The notes: a model not told the origin generated them from the sequence alone. 64,000 bases of DNA from a virus (IMGVR_UViG_3300028585_000514); one strand, 5' to 3'; shown: positions 8,499 to 18,655, counted from the stretch's first letter. Numbers and translations: made by a program.

Positions 8499-8672
8499 AT
8501 GGCAACTGCACGCAACGAATTCACCGGAGAGAAAATCCAAACCAAAGGAGCGACTAACGCGTTCCGCTCAGGTTGGGATACGATCTTCGGTAAGAAAGAA
8601 GTGACCGCTGAACCGGTGGCTGAGGTCGAAGCTGAGACTGAAGAAGTCCAAGTGGAAACCGAAGCTAAATAA
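8499..8672 (+). CDS. Small hypothetical protein (MATARNEFTGEKIQTK...GWDTIFG, acidic tail)
   Basis: 57-aa ORF not in the supplied track; fills the gap with normal codon usage. Confidence 0.7.
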   Translation: MATARNEFTGEKIQTKGATNAFRSGWDTIFGKKEVTAEPVAEVEAETEEVQVETEAK

Positions 8673-8734
8673 AGTTCGACCAAAAAACGGAGTGTGATAT
8701 GATTTCAACATGTCCACTCCGTTAGGGTATTTGT

Positions 8735-9136
8735 ATGCAATTCGATGTTTCCGTAGAAGCAAAATTCCATTTCACTCCAACGATGGAACAGGTCGATCTT
8801 CTGATTGGTATGGCAAAGCGTCATTATGACGCCACGTGTCGAGCAATGGCTGGCGACTATAACCTGTTCACTGCGTCGGATGGTACGGCCGGTACGTTGA
8901 CTACATGGAAGCGTATTCTCGAGAGCTACAATGGTGAGATGCCTACCGACTACCGTGTCATCACCGCCACCTCGCGTCAGCTAGACATCCTCCTGAAGGT
9001 CATGGAAGCGAGCATTGGTTTGTCGAATGAACAGAAAGAAATGCGGGATGAACTCGCGGACGCATTCATCTGCGTACTGAATGCAATGCAGCCGAAATAC
9101 AAGGAATGGAAGCTGTCGGTGGATTCCGATAAATAA
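8735..9136 (+). CDS. Hypothetical protein
   Basis: 133-aa ORF. Confidence 0.8.
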   Translation: MQFDVSVEAKFHFTPTMEQVDLLIGMAKRHYDATCRAMAGDYNLFTASDGTAGTLTTWKRILESYNGEMPTDYRVITATSRQLDILLKVMEASIGLSNEQKEMRDELADAFICVLNAMQPKYKEWKLSVDSDK

Positions 9137-9140
9137 GCTA

Positions 9141-9221
9141 TCCGTCATTATCCACTCTGCCTTCTAAGCAGTTGAAATGGTAACTGGACACATGTAGGTT
9201 CGAATCCTACCTGGCGGGCCA
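9141..9221 (+). ncRNA. Rearranged tRNA-Arg(TCT)-like RNA with no D arm before the anticodon arm
   Basis: Acceptor stem, CTGC-CTTCTAA-GCAG, perfect T arm, CCA; GATAAATA box at 9128-9135. Confidence 0.7.
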
Positions 9222-9310
9222 GACTTGCAAAAGCACTTTCGAAAGGAAGTGCTTTTGTCGTTTCTGTAGTATGATGTGTATGCAGTAACACAACAAAAAT
9301 AATACGCATC

Positions 9311-10003
9311 ATGTCAAAAATATTCCTACCTCCTGCGGCTACCACTACGCCGCTTCCTCATCTAGTCAATGTGTTCTTAGCTGGCAGTATCGAAATGGGT
9401 GTTGCCGAAGATTGGCAAACTCGTGTCGGTAAGGCCCTTAATGCTTTAGAGCCTATTGGTCATGTCTACAATCCGCGTCGTGACGATTGGGATTCTTCCT
9501 GGACTCAGCATATCGACAACCCACAGTTCAATGAACAAGTTAACTGGGAAGTTGATCATATCGAGAAGTCGAACATCATCTTTATGTACTTCGATCCAGC
9601 GACCAAATCGCCAATCTCCCTTCTCGAACTAGGATACATCCTGGGGCTACAGAAAACGTACCAGGGAATCAATGCCCATCGCCGACCAGAGATCATTGTC
9701 TCCTGCCCTGACGGCTTCTGGCGCCAAGGTAACGTTGAAATCATGTGTGCTCGTGCGAACACCGTAGATAATCGATTTACCATCCATCCAAGCTCTGGTG
9801 TGACCTTCTTCCGTGATCCGATGGAAGCCGAGAAAGCCTTGATCGGCCGCGTCTGGTCCAAGCATAAGCAGCTTGCCAATGACTTCCATGTCTTCCCATT
9901 CATCTCGCCGTACGATTCCCAGCGCGAGATAAAAATGTACAGAAATGAAACTCGCGGAACCAAAATTCCAAAGGGTTGGATGCCACCCGAGAAAGACGAA
10001 TAA
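9311..10003 (+). CDS. Nucleoside 2-deoxyribosyltransferase-like protein
   Basis: VFLAGSI...WQ, YNPRR, QVNWE, SPISLLELG motifs. Confidence 0.85.
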   Translation: MSKIFLPPAATTTPLPHLVNVFLAGSIEMGVAEDWQTRVGKALNALEPIGHVYNPRRDDWDSSWTQHIDNPQFNEQVNWEVDHIEKSNIIFMYFDPATKSPISLLELGYILGLQKTYQGINAHRRPEIIVSCPDGFWRQGNVEIMCARANTVDNRFTIHPSSGVTFFRDPMEAEKALIGRVWSKHKQLANDFHVFPFISPYDSQREIKMYRNETRGTKIPKGWMPPEKDE

Positions 10004-10083
10004 ATTTCACGCTTGACAGTGTACAATGTCCTCTTTACTGGGTATACTAGCTATACCATCAATCTGTAAAGAGGAAATCTTAA

Positions 10084-10482
10084 ATGGCAAAGGAAGATAT
10101 GATGGCGATTAATGCAATGCGTCAGGCTGGAGAAGCTCAGGCTCTAGCCTTCGCAAAACGTGAAATCGCTTCGGCATTCAGGGAAGATGATACAATCAAT
10201 GTCCGGCCGATTACCACAGCTTACATTGAGCAAGGTGAAGTCGTCAAGAAATTGACGGCGTCGAATCCGAATAGTGCAATGATGCGAGCGTTTGGTCACA
10301 TGGCCATGAATCACTATGGCGCCAGCGTTGTCCAGGTGTATTCGACCGAAACCGGTCGTTTGTACTGCGAATTTGTCCTCCGTAAGGATGGCAAGCTCGA
10401 AACGACCTTCAAAGCGAATCCGGCAGATTTCGACGATCCGCTTCGCAAAAACGTGGTGCGAGCCACAGCGTTCTTCCTGTAA
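10084..10482 (+). CDS. Hypothetical protein
   Basis: GAGG RBS; early promoter TGTACA(10020)-N17-TATACT. Confidence 0.85.
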   Translation: MAKEDMMAINAMRQAGEAQALAFAKREIASAFREDDTINVRPITTAYIEQGEVVKKLTASNPNSAMMRAFGHMAMNHYGASVVQVYSTETGRLYCEFVLRKDGKLETTFKANPADFDDPLRKNVVRATAFFL

Positions 10483-10488
10483 GAACCG

Positions 10489-10640
10489 ATAAGTCCGAGG
10501 AAACTTGGGCTTATTAAGGGTCTGGTTGTAAAGGGGACAAGAGTTAATCGATGCCAACGATCGCTCTCCTGAACACACCTAGACCAGTGGGTGCCTTGTC
10601 CCTGATAGACTGGGAATAGCAGCCAGACCCTTAATAAGTC
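10489..10640. ncRNA. Putative structured intergenic RNA with a long closing stem
   Basis: About 20-bp stem 10509-10528/10620-10639 plus an inner GGGACAAG/CTTGTCCC stem. Confidence 0.5.
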
Positions 10641-10685
10641 TAACACTTTCAATAAATACTGTACCAAACCAAATAAAGGTACAGT

Positions 10686-11099
10686 ATGTCTAAATTCACA
10701 TTCATCCAACAACTCGAAAACGACATCGAAGATTCGTCGTTGCTTGAGAGCGCAGATAAAACCGCAGGTCTAACTCGCTCAACGTTCTACAAACAGATCA
10801 AAGCAAAACACGAAGAACTCGCGTCCACGCTAGAAGGTTTCTGGGGTCATGTTGACTTCGTCGAATTCGTCGAACTCACTCTGAACAGCATCAAACTCAA
10901 GCGTGGTAAATGGAAGAACCTCGATCAAACTTCGCAGGAACATATGGCGAAACTCGTGGAACTTCACAACAAGCTATTCCCAGCAATCGCGAAAAAGATC
11001 GAACGTCTCCCAAACAACTATTCGAGCAAAGAAGCTGTATCAGCTGCTGCTGCAGGTCGTAAGGCCGAACGCGAATGGTTAGCTGGCATGGGCGCTTAA
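10686..11099 (+). CDS. Hypothetical late protein (MSKFTFIQQLE...)
   Basis: AATAAATA box at 10651-10658. Confidence 0.8.
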   Translation: MSKFTFIQQLENDIEDSSLLESADKTAGLTRSTFYKQIKAKHEELASTLEGFWGHVDFVEFVELTLNSIKLKRGKWKNLDQTSQEHMAKLVELHNKLFPAIAKKIERLPNNYSSKEAVSAAAAGRKAEREWLAGMGA

Positions 11100-11160
11100 T
11101 TTCCAGTTTACTTTTCTTTACATGTGATAATATTTCCCTACGGATACACAGGAGATTATT

Positions 11161-11385
11161 ATGGCATTGTCAAGGAAAGATCAGCTGAAGTTTGCAGCAA
11201 TTCGTCTGTCCCATCGGATCGTCAAGATCGACATTTATGGAGTTCGTATTTTCGGACTCCAATTCACTCCTAAAGTCACCGCGGACATCTTGAATGATGG
11301 CGGTGACTTTGTGCCATCTATGCGCCGCAACTTCAATATCAAATTAGTTTTCGGTGTCTATATCTTTTTGCCAAGGTTCGCATAA
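11161..11385 (+). CDS. Hypothetical protein
   Basis: GGAG RBS; 74-aa ORF. Confidence 0.7.
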   Translation: MALSRKDQLKFAAIRLSHRIVKIDIYGVRIFGLQFTPKVTADILNDGGDFVPSMRRNFNIKLVFGVYIFLPRFA

Positions 11386-11451
11386 ATCATTGTACAAAGT
11401 TTAAAGTTGACGGTAGAATATCTCTAACGTCAACGAACTTTGGAGTGATAC

Positions 11452-12243
11452 ATGAACCAAACAGCGGCCATCCTGTTCCAGCACGATTTGAATAAGGCAG
11501 AGCGCGAGAAGCTGTTGTTGAAGGCTCGCGAAACGATTCTGGCAATGCCAGGAATTACCAAAGAAGGAAACATCATGCTGGATGCCAATATGGAGCGTAC
11601 CTCCATGTGCATTCGCTTCATGAGTACCTTCCCTCGAGTCGATGCGCAGAACGGTGACGTCCTGTCGACCCGCCTGAGCGAGTCAGGGATCAAATCGAGT
11701 GAGCCATCACATGGTATGATCCACATGGACCTCGGTGACTTCCTGGTAAACCTCTGCGGTCTCCAGGTCGAAAAGATCGGTGAACGTTGCGCCGACACAG
11801 GTAAGTGCCATCACCAGTGCACTACCGAATGCTTCCGTAAAACCTGTTGTGAGCCGCTGACGATCAGTGGCCTCGGCCCGAATTGGAAGCCGATCGAACC
11901 AAAGCGTGCAGCTGATGTGTCGATTCACGACGATCGCACTGTGACCTATGTTGACGACAATACCAAGGTCCTGAACAACGGCATCTACAATGTCAAGAAC
12001 CGTGTTGTCAAGTATCGCGGCTTCGAGATCAAGCCAAAACTCGACTTCGGTCAGTACCCATATCGCAGCCATGGCAATGTCATCTCGACCGGATGGGTCG
12101 TCATCAAAGATGGTTGTCTCGCTATGCCTGGAGCAACGTGGAGCGAAAGCATCCTGTCCGCTCGCGCAGCAATCGACATCTGGATCGAATCGGGCTTCGA
12201 TGCCAAGAAGTTCTGGGAGTTGATGGAGCCATACCGATACTAA
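11452..12243 (+). CDS. Hypothetical protein with a central Cys-rich segment
   Basis: GGAG RBS; early promoter TGTACA(11391)-N17-TAGAAT. Confidence 0.85.
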   Translation: MNQTAAILFQHDLNKAEREKLLLKARETILAMPGITKEGNIMLDANMERTSMCIRFMSTFPRVDAQNGDVLSTRLSESGIKSSEPSHGMIHMDLGDFLVNLCGLQVEKIGERCADTGKCHHQCTTECFRKTCCEPLTISGLGPNWKPIEPKRAADVSIHDDRTVTYVDDNTKVLNNGIYNVKNRVVKYRGFEIKPKLDFGQYPYRSHGNVISTGWVVIKDGCLAMPGATWSESILSARAAIDIWIESGFDAKKFWELMEPYRY

Positions 12244-12262
12244 AAAGCTTTGATGTAAAAGA

Positions 12263-12285
12263 AAAGGGACCCAATGGGTCCCTTT
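12263..12285. terminator. Bidirectional terminator between convergent genes
   Basis: AAAGGGACCC-AAT-GGGTCCCTTT; same hairpin at 59304-59326. Confidence 0.8.
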
Positions 12286-12303
12286 GTTGTTTCTACTTAA
12301 TGA

Positions 12304-13290
12304 TTAAGCAGGAATCAGATGACGCACAAATGATCCGCCGCCACCGCTCACATTCATATTGATGATGTGATATGTGGTAGGTGTACCATCAGCTGCTGTA
12401 TCAAAGAATTCTGAATCACTCTTGATTGTGGCAGTGTCCATATCATTCCAGGTCGTTGATCCGTATCCTAGCTTAATACCCATGATGCGTCCACGAATTG
12501 CAGCAGTTTGTGAGCCGCCATAGGAACTTGACAATTCGGACGCAATCATCGAGCATGCGCCTTGGAATGTGGTCGGCAAAATGCTGCTATATCCAATATT
12601 GCCACTGCTGGAATTTGAATTACACAATGTACCGAATGGAGTGGAAATTGTGTTGTATCCATTAAATATTTGAATAGAACTAGCGCCTCGTGTAATAGAA
12701 GCTACAGAACCATATAAACCCAAATAACCTCCACTTGGCGCGTATACTGGCACCGCGGTCGTCATAAAGATATTTGTTTGGACATTTGGCGCTTCTCCAA
12801 ATTCTTTTTTAATTTCAAATGAACCAAACATATGACCATATGCATTCACATTTGATTTGGTACGGAATGCCAACCATTTCTGATTTGCAAAAATAATAAT
12901 ACTATTGCCATCGGTGCCGAGTCCAGAAGCAATGCCACCGAATAGAGCTAGAGTACTACTTGAGCTGTAGTTATAGTAGGTTCCATCATTGGTTCCTACA
13001 TGAGTTGTAGCATTCCAAGATTGAAAAATCTTTATAACTATTAGCGTTGATGTCATGCCGATGGCTACGTATTTGTAAACATCGGTGCTTCCATCTTGCA
13101 AAGTTCTAAAGACGTACGAAAAAGGATTAGCTCCAGTCATACCAAGATTGAATGTGCCGCTATCAAATATTTCCCAACCATGTTCAGAAATATAGGTAGC
13201 AAGTTGAGCCATGATTGATGCGGGTGTTTCGGTAGCGTCAAAAGTAAATGACGCCGAGTGTTGACCTAGATTTGTTTTAGTAATTGCCAT
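12304..13290 (-). CDS. Putative virion (tail or appendage) protein, paralog of 13594-14565
   Basis: Gly/Ser/Thr-rich; shared HGWE, QDGST.VYKY, SWNATTHVG motifs. Confidence 0.75.
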   Translation of the reverse strand: MAITKTNLGQHSASFTFDATETPASIMAQLATYISEHGWEIFDSGTFNLGMTGANPFSYVFRTLQDGSTDVYKYVAIGMTSTLIVIKIFQSWNATTHVGTNDGTYYNYSSSSTLALFGGIASGLGTDGNSIIIFANQKWLAFRTKSNVNAYGHMFGSFEIKKEFGEAPNVQTNIFMTTAVPVYAPSGGYLGLYGSVASITRGASSIQIFNGYNTISTPFGTLCNSNSSSGNIGYSSILPTTFQGACSMIASELSSSYGGSQTAAIRGRIMGIKLGYGSTTWNDMDTATIKSDSEFFDTAADGTPTTYHIINMNVSGGGGSFVRHLIPA

Positions 13291-13347
13291 TGTGATTCCT
13301 TTAATTGATTAAGCGAGTATCGTTGACACTCGCTTTTAAGATTCTAA

Positions 13348-13584
13348 TTAACCCCAGTATTGCTTAACAGCAGAACCAGAGCTGAAGTCTTTAGATGCAG
13401 GTAGCATACCAATATCCACATTCTGACGCATTGCAGGAATAACGGCATATTCAGCTATCATGAATGTAGTATCCAATTCTGGCGCAAGTTCTACCTTCTC
13501 ACGAGTATTGATTTGGTGAGAGTATGCCATCGCGTTGACGATAGACGCATTCTTAACGGTATTTAGTAAACCGATATCGGCCAT
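13348..13584 (-). CDS. Hypothetical protein in the late operon
   Basis: AGGAGG RBS. Confidence 0.75.
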   Translation of the reverse strand: MADIGLLNTVKNASIVNAMAYSHQINTREKVELAPELDTTFMIAEYAVIPAMRQNVDIGMLPASKDFSSGSAVKQYWG

Positions 13585-13593
13585 AATTCCTCC

Positions 13594-14565
13594 TTATACC
13601 GGAATGGCAAATCTAGCGAATGCGGTTGGCCATTGATTAGATGGAGTGTAGAAAACGCAGTGGTGATCCATCAATGCAGAACCAGGATTTTGGAAGAATT
13701 CAGAATCCGTAGCGATTTGAGTTTTATCCATATCATTCCAATTCACTGTTCCATAAATCAGTTTGATACCAAAGATGCGGCCTCGCATTTTTTCAATACC
13801 ATAGCTACCAGCCACGCGATTTTCTGCTGCGGTCATTGTCATAGTGCCGTTTGGGTAAACCTGTGGCTGAATATCGCGTAATGAAACGTTATAGCTATTA
13901 TTCACCCAACCCAGTACGCCAAATGGAGTAGAGATGGTATTGATATTTGATCCTGCTTGTCCAACGGTACCTTTTGAAGTTCTAGGTGAACCGAAAAAGT
14001 TGATGGCGCTTGATGGTAGCGAACCTACGTTTTGGCCACCACACATAAGAATAACAGTTGGTAAAGATTCTGGTTCGCCAAAGTCCTTTTTGATTTCAAA
14101 TGCGCCAATAAATGCGGTATATGAATAATTAACATCGCGACCGCGGAATGCAAGCCATTTTTTATTCACGAATAGGATAAGTGCTGATCCCTCAACAGCA
14201 TATTGAATTGGTACATACACTGCATTGGTACCGTTCACGAATGCCCCTTCATTAACTCCAACATGAGTAGTAGCATTCCAGCTCTCAAATACCTTCATCA
14301 GCATATTAGCGCTAGCTGTAGCCGTAGTGAAGTACATAGCAACATACTTGTATACTGATGTGCTTCCATCCTGGAGTGCACGGTAAACGCGACCCAGAAT
14401 AGCTGCATTTCCGGTAAGATTTGCGCCAGGTGCAGCATCATGTACTTCCCAGCCATGCGCAGATACGTATGCGTCGATTGCAGCGAATACGGTTGCTTGT
14501 GTTTCACCTGCGCCCATGGTGAACATAGATGAGTTTGGGCCTAGAATAGTTTCAGTGATAGCCAT
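13594..14565 (-). CDS. Putative virion (tail or appendage) protein, paralog of 12304-13290
   Basis: Clear paralogy; same late operon. Confidence 0.75.
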   Translation of the reverse strand: MAITETILGPNSSMFTMGAGETQATVFAAIDAYVSAHGWEVHDAAPGANLTGNAAILGRVYRALQDGSTSVYKYVAMYFTTATASANMLMKVFESWNATTHVGVNEGAFVNGTNAVYVPIQYAVEGSALILFVNKKWLAFRGRDVNYSYTAFIGAFEIKKDFGEPESLPTVILMCGGQNVGSLPSSAINFFGSPRTSKGTVGQAGSNINTISTPFGVLGWVNNSYNVSLRDIQPQVYPNGTMTMTAAENRVAGSYGIEKMRGRIFGIKLIYGTVNWNDMDKTQIATDSEFFQNPGSALMDHHCVFYTPSNQWPTAFARFAIPV

Positions 14566-14586
14566 TTTTAATTCCTAGATGATTAG

Positions 14587-14775
14587 TTATTGTGCCGCTG
14601 GTTGTTCGACCAGCTTTGCGGATAGCGATTCGATTTCAACATTGGCACCGACGATACGGATACCTTGGATGAAAGTCACAAAGTGCGAAACGGCTAGGGC
14701 TTCATACTCTTCGTCGGTGACGTTTTCGTAAATGAATGGTGCGATCAAAAATTGTGAGATTTCTTCGAATGTCAT
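14587..14775 (-). CDS. Hypothetical protein
   Basis: 62-aa ORF in the operon. Confidence 0.65.
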   Translation of the reverse strand: MTFEEISQFLIAPFIYENVTDEEYEALAVSHFVTFIQGIRIVGANVEIESLSAKLVEQPAAQ

Positions 14776-14792
14776 AATAGATTCCAGTTAAG

Positions 14793-15290
14793 TTACTTGT
14801 ATTCGATACGCACAGCTAGGTCGTTGCCATTGCCGCTTACGATATCGATTGTTAGATAGTCGGCTGCTGACATCGTGACTGCTAGTGGAATCATCGATGA
14901 AATATTGCTGCCGGCGTTGATCGATGGCTTTGGGCCAGTATGAATGCTTATGCCGTTCTTCTTGACGTCGATCGCTAGTGTTTGGGTCGGTGCACCAGTG
15001 ATCATCATGAATACTGAAGTCAATGTGCATGCTCTTCCTGGATACCAGCGAACAGTTCCAGTCATTGGAGCGATGGTGCCAGGGAAGAATGATTTTGTGT
15101 CGAAGAATACGTCGACTTTCTTGTCCAGTTGAACCCACTCGGTGCCGTTATATGAATGCAAACCGACTCCGTTCTTGAAGAAGAGTTCGCCAACGGATGA
15201 CTCGGCAGGAATTGGAAATTCTTGGCCGCGGACAACTGACATGTTTGATGCGGATGATGTATCCGTGAATTTAATGCCGTCTGTTAACAT
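14793..15290 (-). CDS. Putative virion protein, paralog of 44926-45531
   Basis: MLTDG...FP N-terminus and beta-rich C-terminal domain; late box at 15453-15460. Confidence 0.75.
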   Translation of the reverse strand: MLTDGIKFTDTSSASNMSVVRGQEFPIPAESSVGELFFKNGVGLHSYNGTEWVQLDKKVDVFFDTKSFFPGTIAPMTGTVRWYPGRACTLTSVFMMITGAPTQTLAIDVKKNGISIHTGPKPSINAGSNISSMIPLAVTMSAADYLTIDIVSGNGNDLAVRIEYK

Positions 15291-15452
15291 GTTGATGCTC
15301 TCATTAAATAAATTGTCGAGCTACTTATCGTAGTCGAATGAGTGCTGAAACCAGAGGGTGTTTGGAAGTCCAGCTACGCCAATGGTTCGAGACTTGCGGC
15401 AGGATTGCCGGCTGAATATTGGTATGATATGCTGGGAAGGTATTGACAGACC

Positions 15453-15576
15453 TATTTATCAACGTTGTGTTGAAATGAGAGATTTCTAGCCAGCAGTGGT
15501 ATAATTCTCTCTATCATTTCGGAGAGTCGTTCGACTTTCCATCACGAATATCCGTAGTAAATTCCCACTATAAATA
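15453..15576. promoter_or_regulatory. Divergent late-promoter pair (GATAAATA minus, TATAAATA plus)
   Basis: Boxes at 15453-15460 (-) and 15569-15576 (+). Confidence 0.6.
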
Positions 15577-16377
15577 TTCATGCGTACTCCACACGCACTG
15601 AAGAATATGACACGTCAACCCTGGTGGTCTGGAAGAAAAGGGGTTATCGCTTTGTCGCAAGCGAGTCGAGAGACTTAAGGTACAGATGAACAATCGAACC
15701 AGCGGGCGCCCTTCTGAGGACCGGGGCCGAGCTATGTGAGGGCATAGCCAATAAATGCGAGAACACAGCAATCCATACAGGGGACACCCTGATACCGTCT
15801 AGGCTCACGTCACGAGTCTCGCAATAATTATCTTGATCGTGATGGGTCAAACGTTTGTGGAGCGCCATCATCATCGGAACCCTCCTGGAAGATTCAATAC
15901 ACGCCTCTTTGCGACTCAGAATTTCCAGGCAAACCACCTCCTTCCCTTTCTTTGATTTTTAATCTCTTGAGATTGTCGAGAAACTAGGGGGTTCGCTCGT
16001 GTCACCTGCAGTTCGACGCGCCAGCGATGGGTTTGAACTCTTCATTCATATTATTATTTCTTAATACTATGGTGGAGTGATGGTCCTCCTATGGCCCGAA
16101 GCATGGTATTCTTATAGTTGTGCACGATTGGAGTCGTACAAGACATGATCCTGTGAGGTTGGTATAATAGACATATCAATGTTCATTATTCATGCAATTT
16201 GAATATCAAAATAATATTGTTCCAAAGTTAGTGTATCGTTAATGAAACAAAGTTTACGTACTTCATCACAAAAATAATATATTTTTGTTAATTCCAGTGT
16301 ACATAAGTGAAGTTTTTTGGTATAGTTACTTCTGTGACAACGTTATTTGATATTACAAAAATATAGAGGGTATCATC

Positions 16378-16653
16378 ATGGCTTTTCTCCGACGTGGTCT
16401 GGTAACTAACAAAGGTGCAGTGCCGAGCGTTCATACTCGTCCATTTGCAGCTCCGACCTTTACTGAAACCCATAACCAACTGGGTTCACTAAATACACGT
16501 GAAGCACAGCCAGCAGTGGTCATCAAAGGCGTAACGAAGGTCATCAAGATGGCCTCAAGCCAAAATGACTACCACCTGGTCCAGTTGACCTGCGGTCACC
16601 AAGCTCGTAGTAAAAGCACGTTCCAAGGCTACTGCCGCAGCTGTCAGCACTAA
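16378..16653 (+). CDS. Small basic protein with a C-terminal Cys/His cluster (CGH...CRSC), possible zinc ribbon
   Basis: GAGG RBS; CxH and CxxC. Confidence 0.7.
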   Translation: MAFLRRGLVTNKGAVPSVHTRPFAAPTFTETHNQLGSLNTREAQPAVVIKGVTKVIKMASSQNDYHLVQLTCGHQARSKSTFQGYCRSCQH

Positions 16654-16813
16654 GTAGTAACCCGCGTACTTTACCAAGTTCTGCGGCTCCGAAAATATGG
16701 CCTGGCTTTGAGTACAGGCCATAGGGGCATCTAGGGCTTTCAAAAGCCATAACCATCTAAGAAATAAAAACGCCGCCAATAGGCGGCGTCCTGTACTATG
16801 AGACAGGTATTTG

Positions 16814-18001
16814 TTAACGGACAAGAATCACGAAGCGACGGGTCCCAGATGATGCCGTGGCACTATACGTCTGGTCGGAACGCGATGCATAATCTTGTGT
16901 GCTTGTAGCAAAGGCATTGTAAAAAGGTGCTGCCGTATTTGTGATACCAATTCGGCCGTACTGGCTGCCTGAAACCCATGGATCAGCTATTCGTGTGTTA
17001 AACGTATTACGACCATATCGCAATATCCCAGAAGTCTGAACACCAGTAGCAACCGCAGTAGCAACGATATTATTATCTGCTTGGGTATAATTGAACGGGT
17101 GTTGTACCTTCCACTCAGCCGGAATCGGAAAACTATACATCTCAATAGGTGTAAATGTATTGTCCAACGGATTGTAATAAGCAATAGCTGCTTCCGTAGC
17201 TTTCTGGATTATAGAAAGATCAACGTCATAAGCCCATGTTGCTGAGGGATTGTTGTAATTATCCGAAACTGCCTTCCAAGCAACCGTCCAGCCTTCAGCA
17301 GTGATTGAAACATCTGAGAACGGACCAGTCGGCGGAACAAAGTCATTCACGTATAGCCCCGCGCCCTCAATAATACGCAATTCATCGATGTCATAGTTAC
17401 CTGTTGCTGTTCGGTATGCGTTATTAGCTCGAGAACCAACGAAGAAGTCTCCAGTTTGTGAAATATCCATACCACTGAGGCGAGTCGTTTCTCCAACTTT
17501 TTTGCCATTGAAGAACATGCGAGTGATGCCATTCACTCGAGCAACTGCGACATGAGTCCATGCGCCAGAAGTATCTAATGCTGTGCTGCTTACAATGGTA
17601 CCACCCCATCCGTAATTGTAGTGATCAAAGTGAAGTTGGCGGGTAGAGTTCATACCAATCTGAATTGGATAGAAATCAAAATTGACATAGTCATGATCGC
17701 CGATGGCGCCAAGCAAGTTTACACGAACGAAGAATTCAAAAGTAAAGTCTTTGGTGCCAACATTTGCTAGTGGACGAGTGGTAGAACGGATGCAACCGGT
17801 ATTGCCTAGACGTAGAGAAGAATTGCCAAACCTACCAGGCGCCACCGTAGGCGCTCCGAACAAGGTAAATGATGCACCAGCAACATCAGAGTAAATGCCG
17901 CTCCCTGCCAATGCGTCTGTGCCTTCCATGTGCATTAGGAGAGCTAAGCGACTTGTCACAAGTTGGTCTATAAAATATGGTTGAGTGAAGATTAGAGGCA
18001 T
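16814..18001 (-). CDS. LamG/concanavalin-A-like jelly-roll virion protein
   Basis: DFTFEF, WTHVAVAR, DELRI..G...Y...F.PPT motifs; late box at 18027-18034. Confidence 0.8.
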   Translation of the reverse strand: MPLIFTQPYFIDQLVTSRLALLMHMEGTDALAGSGIYSDVAGASFTLFGAPTVAPGRFGNSSLRLGNTGCIRSTTRPLANVGTKDFTFEFFVRVNLLGAIGDHDYVNFDFYPIQIGMNSTRQLHFDHYNYGWGGTIVSSTALDTSGAWTHVAVARVNGITRMFFNGKKVGETTRLSGMDISQTGDFFVGSRANNAYRTATGNYDIDELRIIEGAGLYVNDFVPPTGPFSDVSITAEGWTVAWKAVSDNYNNPSATWAYDVDLSIIQKATEAAIAYYNPLDNTFTPIEMYSFPIPAEWKVQHPFNYTQADNNIVATAVATGVQTSGILRYGRNTFNTRIADPWVSGSQYGRIGITNTAAPFYNAFATSTQDYASRSDQTYSATASSGTRRFVILVR

Positions 18002-18103
18002 AAGAATATCTCAGAATTGTTTCAAGTATTTATCATTTGGTGGTCATTTTCCATGTGTTAAAATTCTCCGCATAATGTAGTACTCAATAATAAGAAAAAT
18101 AAT

Positions 18104-18655
18104 ATGAGAACCGACAAGGTCCTAGTGGTCGACCTAGAAGCCACTTGCTGGGAAACTCGCGAAGAGTCAGCCCGCAACAATTCCGAGATCATCGAAATCG
18201 GTGTTGCAGTTTACAACGTCAAGACCCGTCAAATCGAAAAGTCTGAAGGCATTATCGTCAAGCCTCGTGAATCCGTTGTCTCTCCATTCTGCACACAGCT
18301 CACCACCCTCACGCAAGAAGACGTAGACAAAGGCGTTGACATCGCTCAAGCAATGTCTAAGCTGCTTCGCCAATACGATGCCAAGAACTATCCTTGGGTT
18401 TCGTACGGTGACTATGACAAGAACATGATCGCGCGTCAGTGTGCTCGTTTCAACATCCGCAATCCGATGTCCGATTCACACCTAAACATCAAGGTTGCGA
18501 TGGCTGAGCTATTGAAGGTTAAGCCGCGCGGTATGGATGCGATGCTAGGCAATCTTGGTATCGTCATGGAAGGCACCCATCACCGCGGCGTCGACGATGC
18601 AAAGAACATCGCCAAGATTTATGACAAGTACCTGGAGCTGAAAGCACAACAATGA
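18104..18655 (+). CDS. DEDDh 3'-5' exonuclease (ERI-1/KapD-like)
   Basis: VVDLEATCW, EIIEIG, LT.LTQEDVD, HHRGVDDA. Confidence 0.9.
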   Translation: MRTDKVLVVDLEATCWETREESARNNSEIIEIGVAVYNVKTRQIEKSEGIIVKPRESVVSPFCTQLTTLTQEDVDKGVDIAQAMSKLLRQYDAKNYPWVSYGDYDKNMIARQCARFNIRNPMSDSHLNIKVAMAELLKVKPRGMDAMLGNLGIVMEGTHHRGVDDAKNIAKIYDKYLELKAQQ

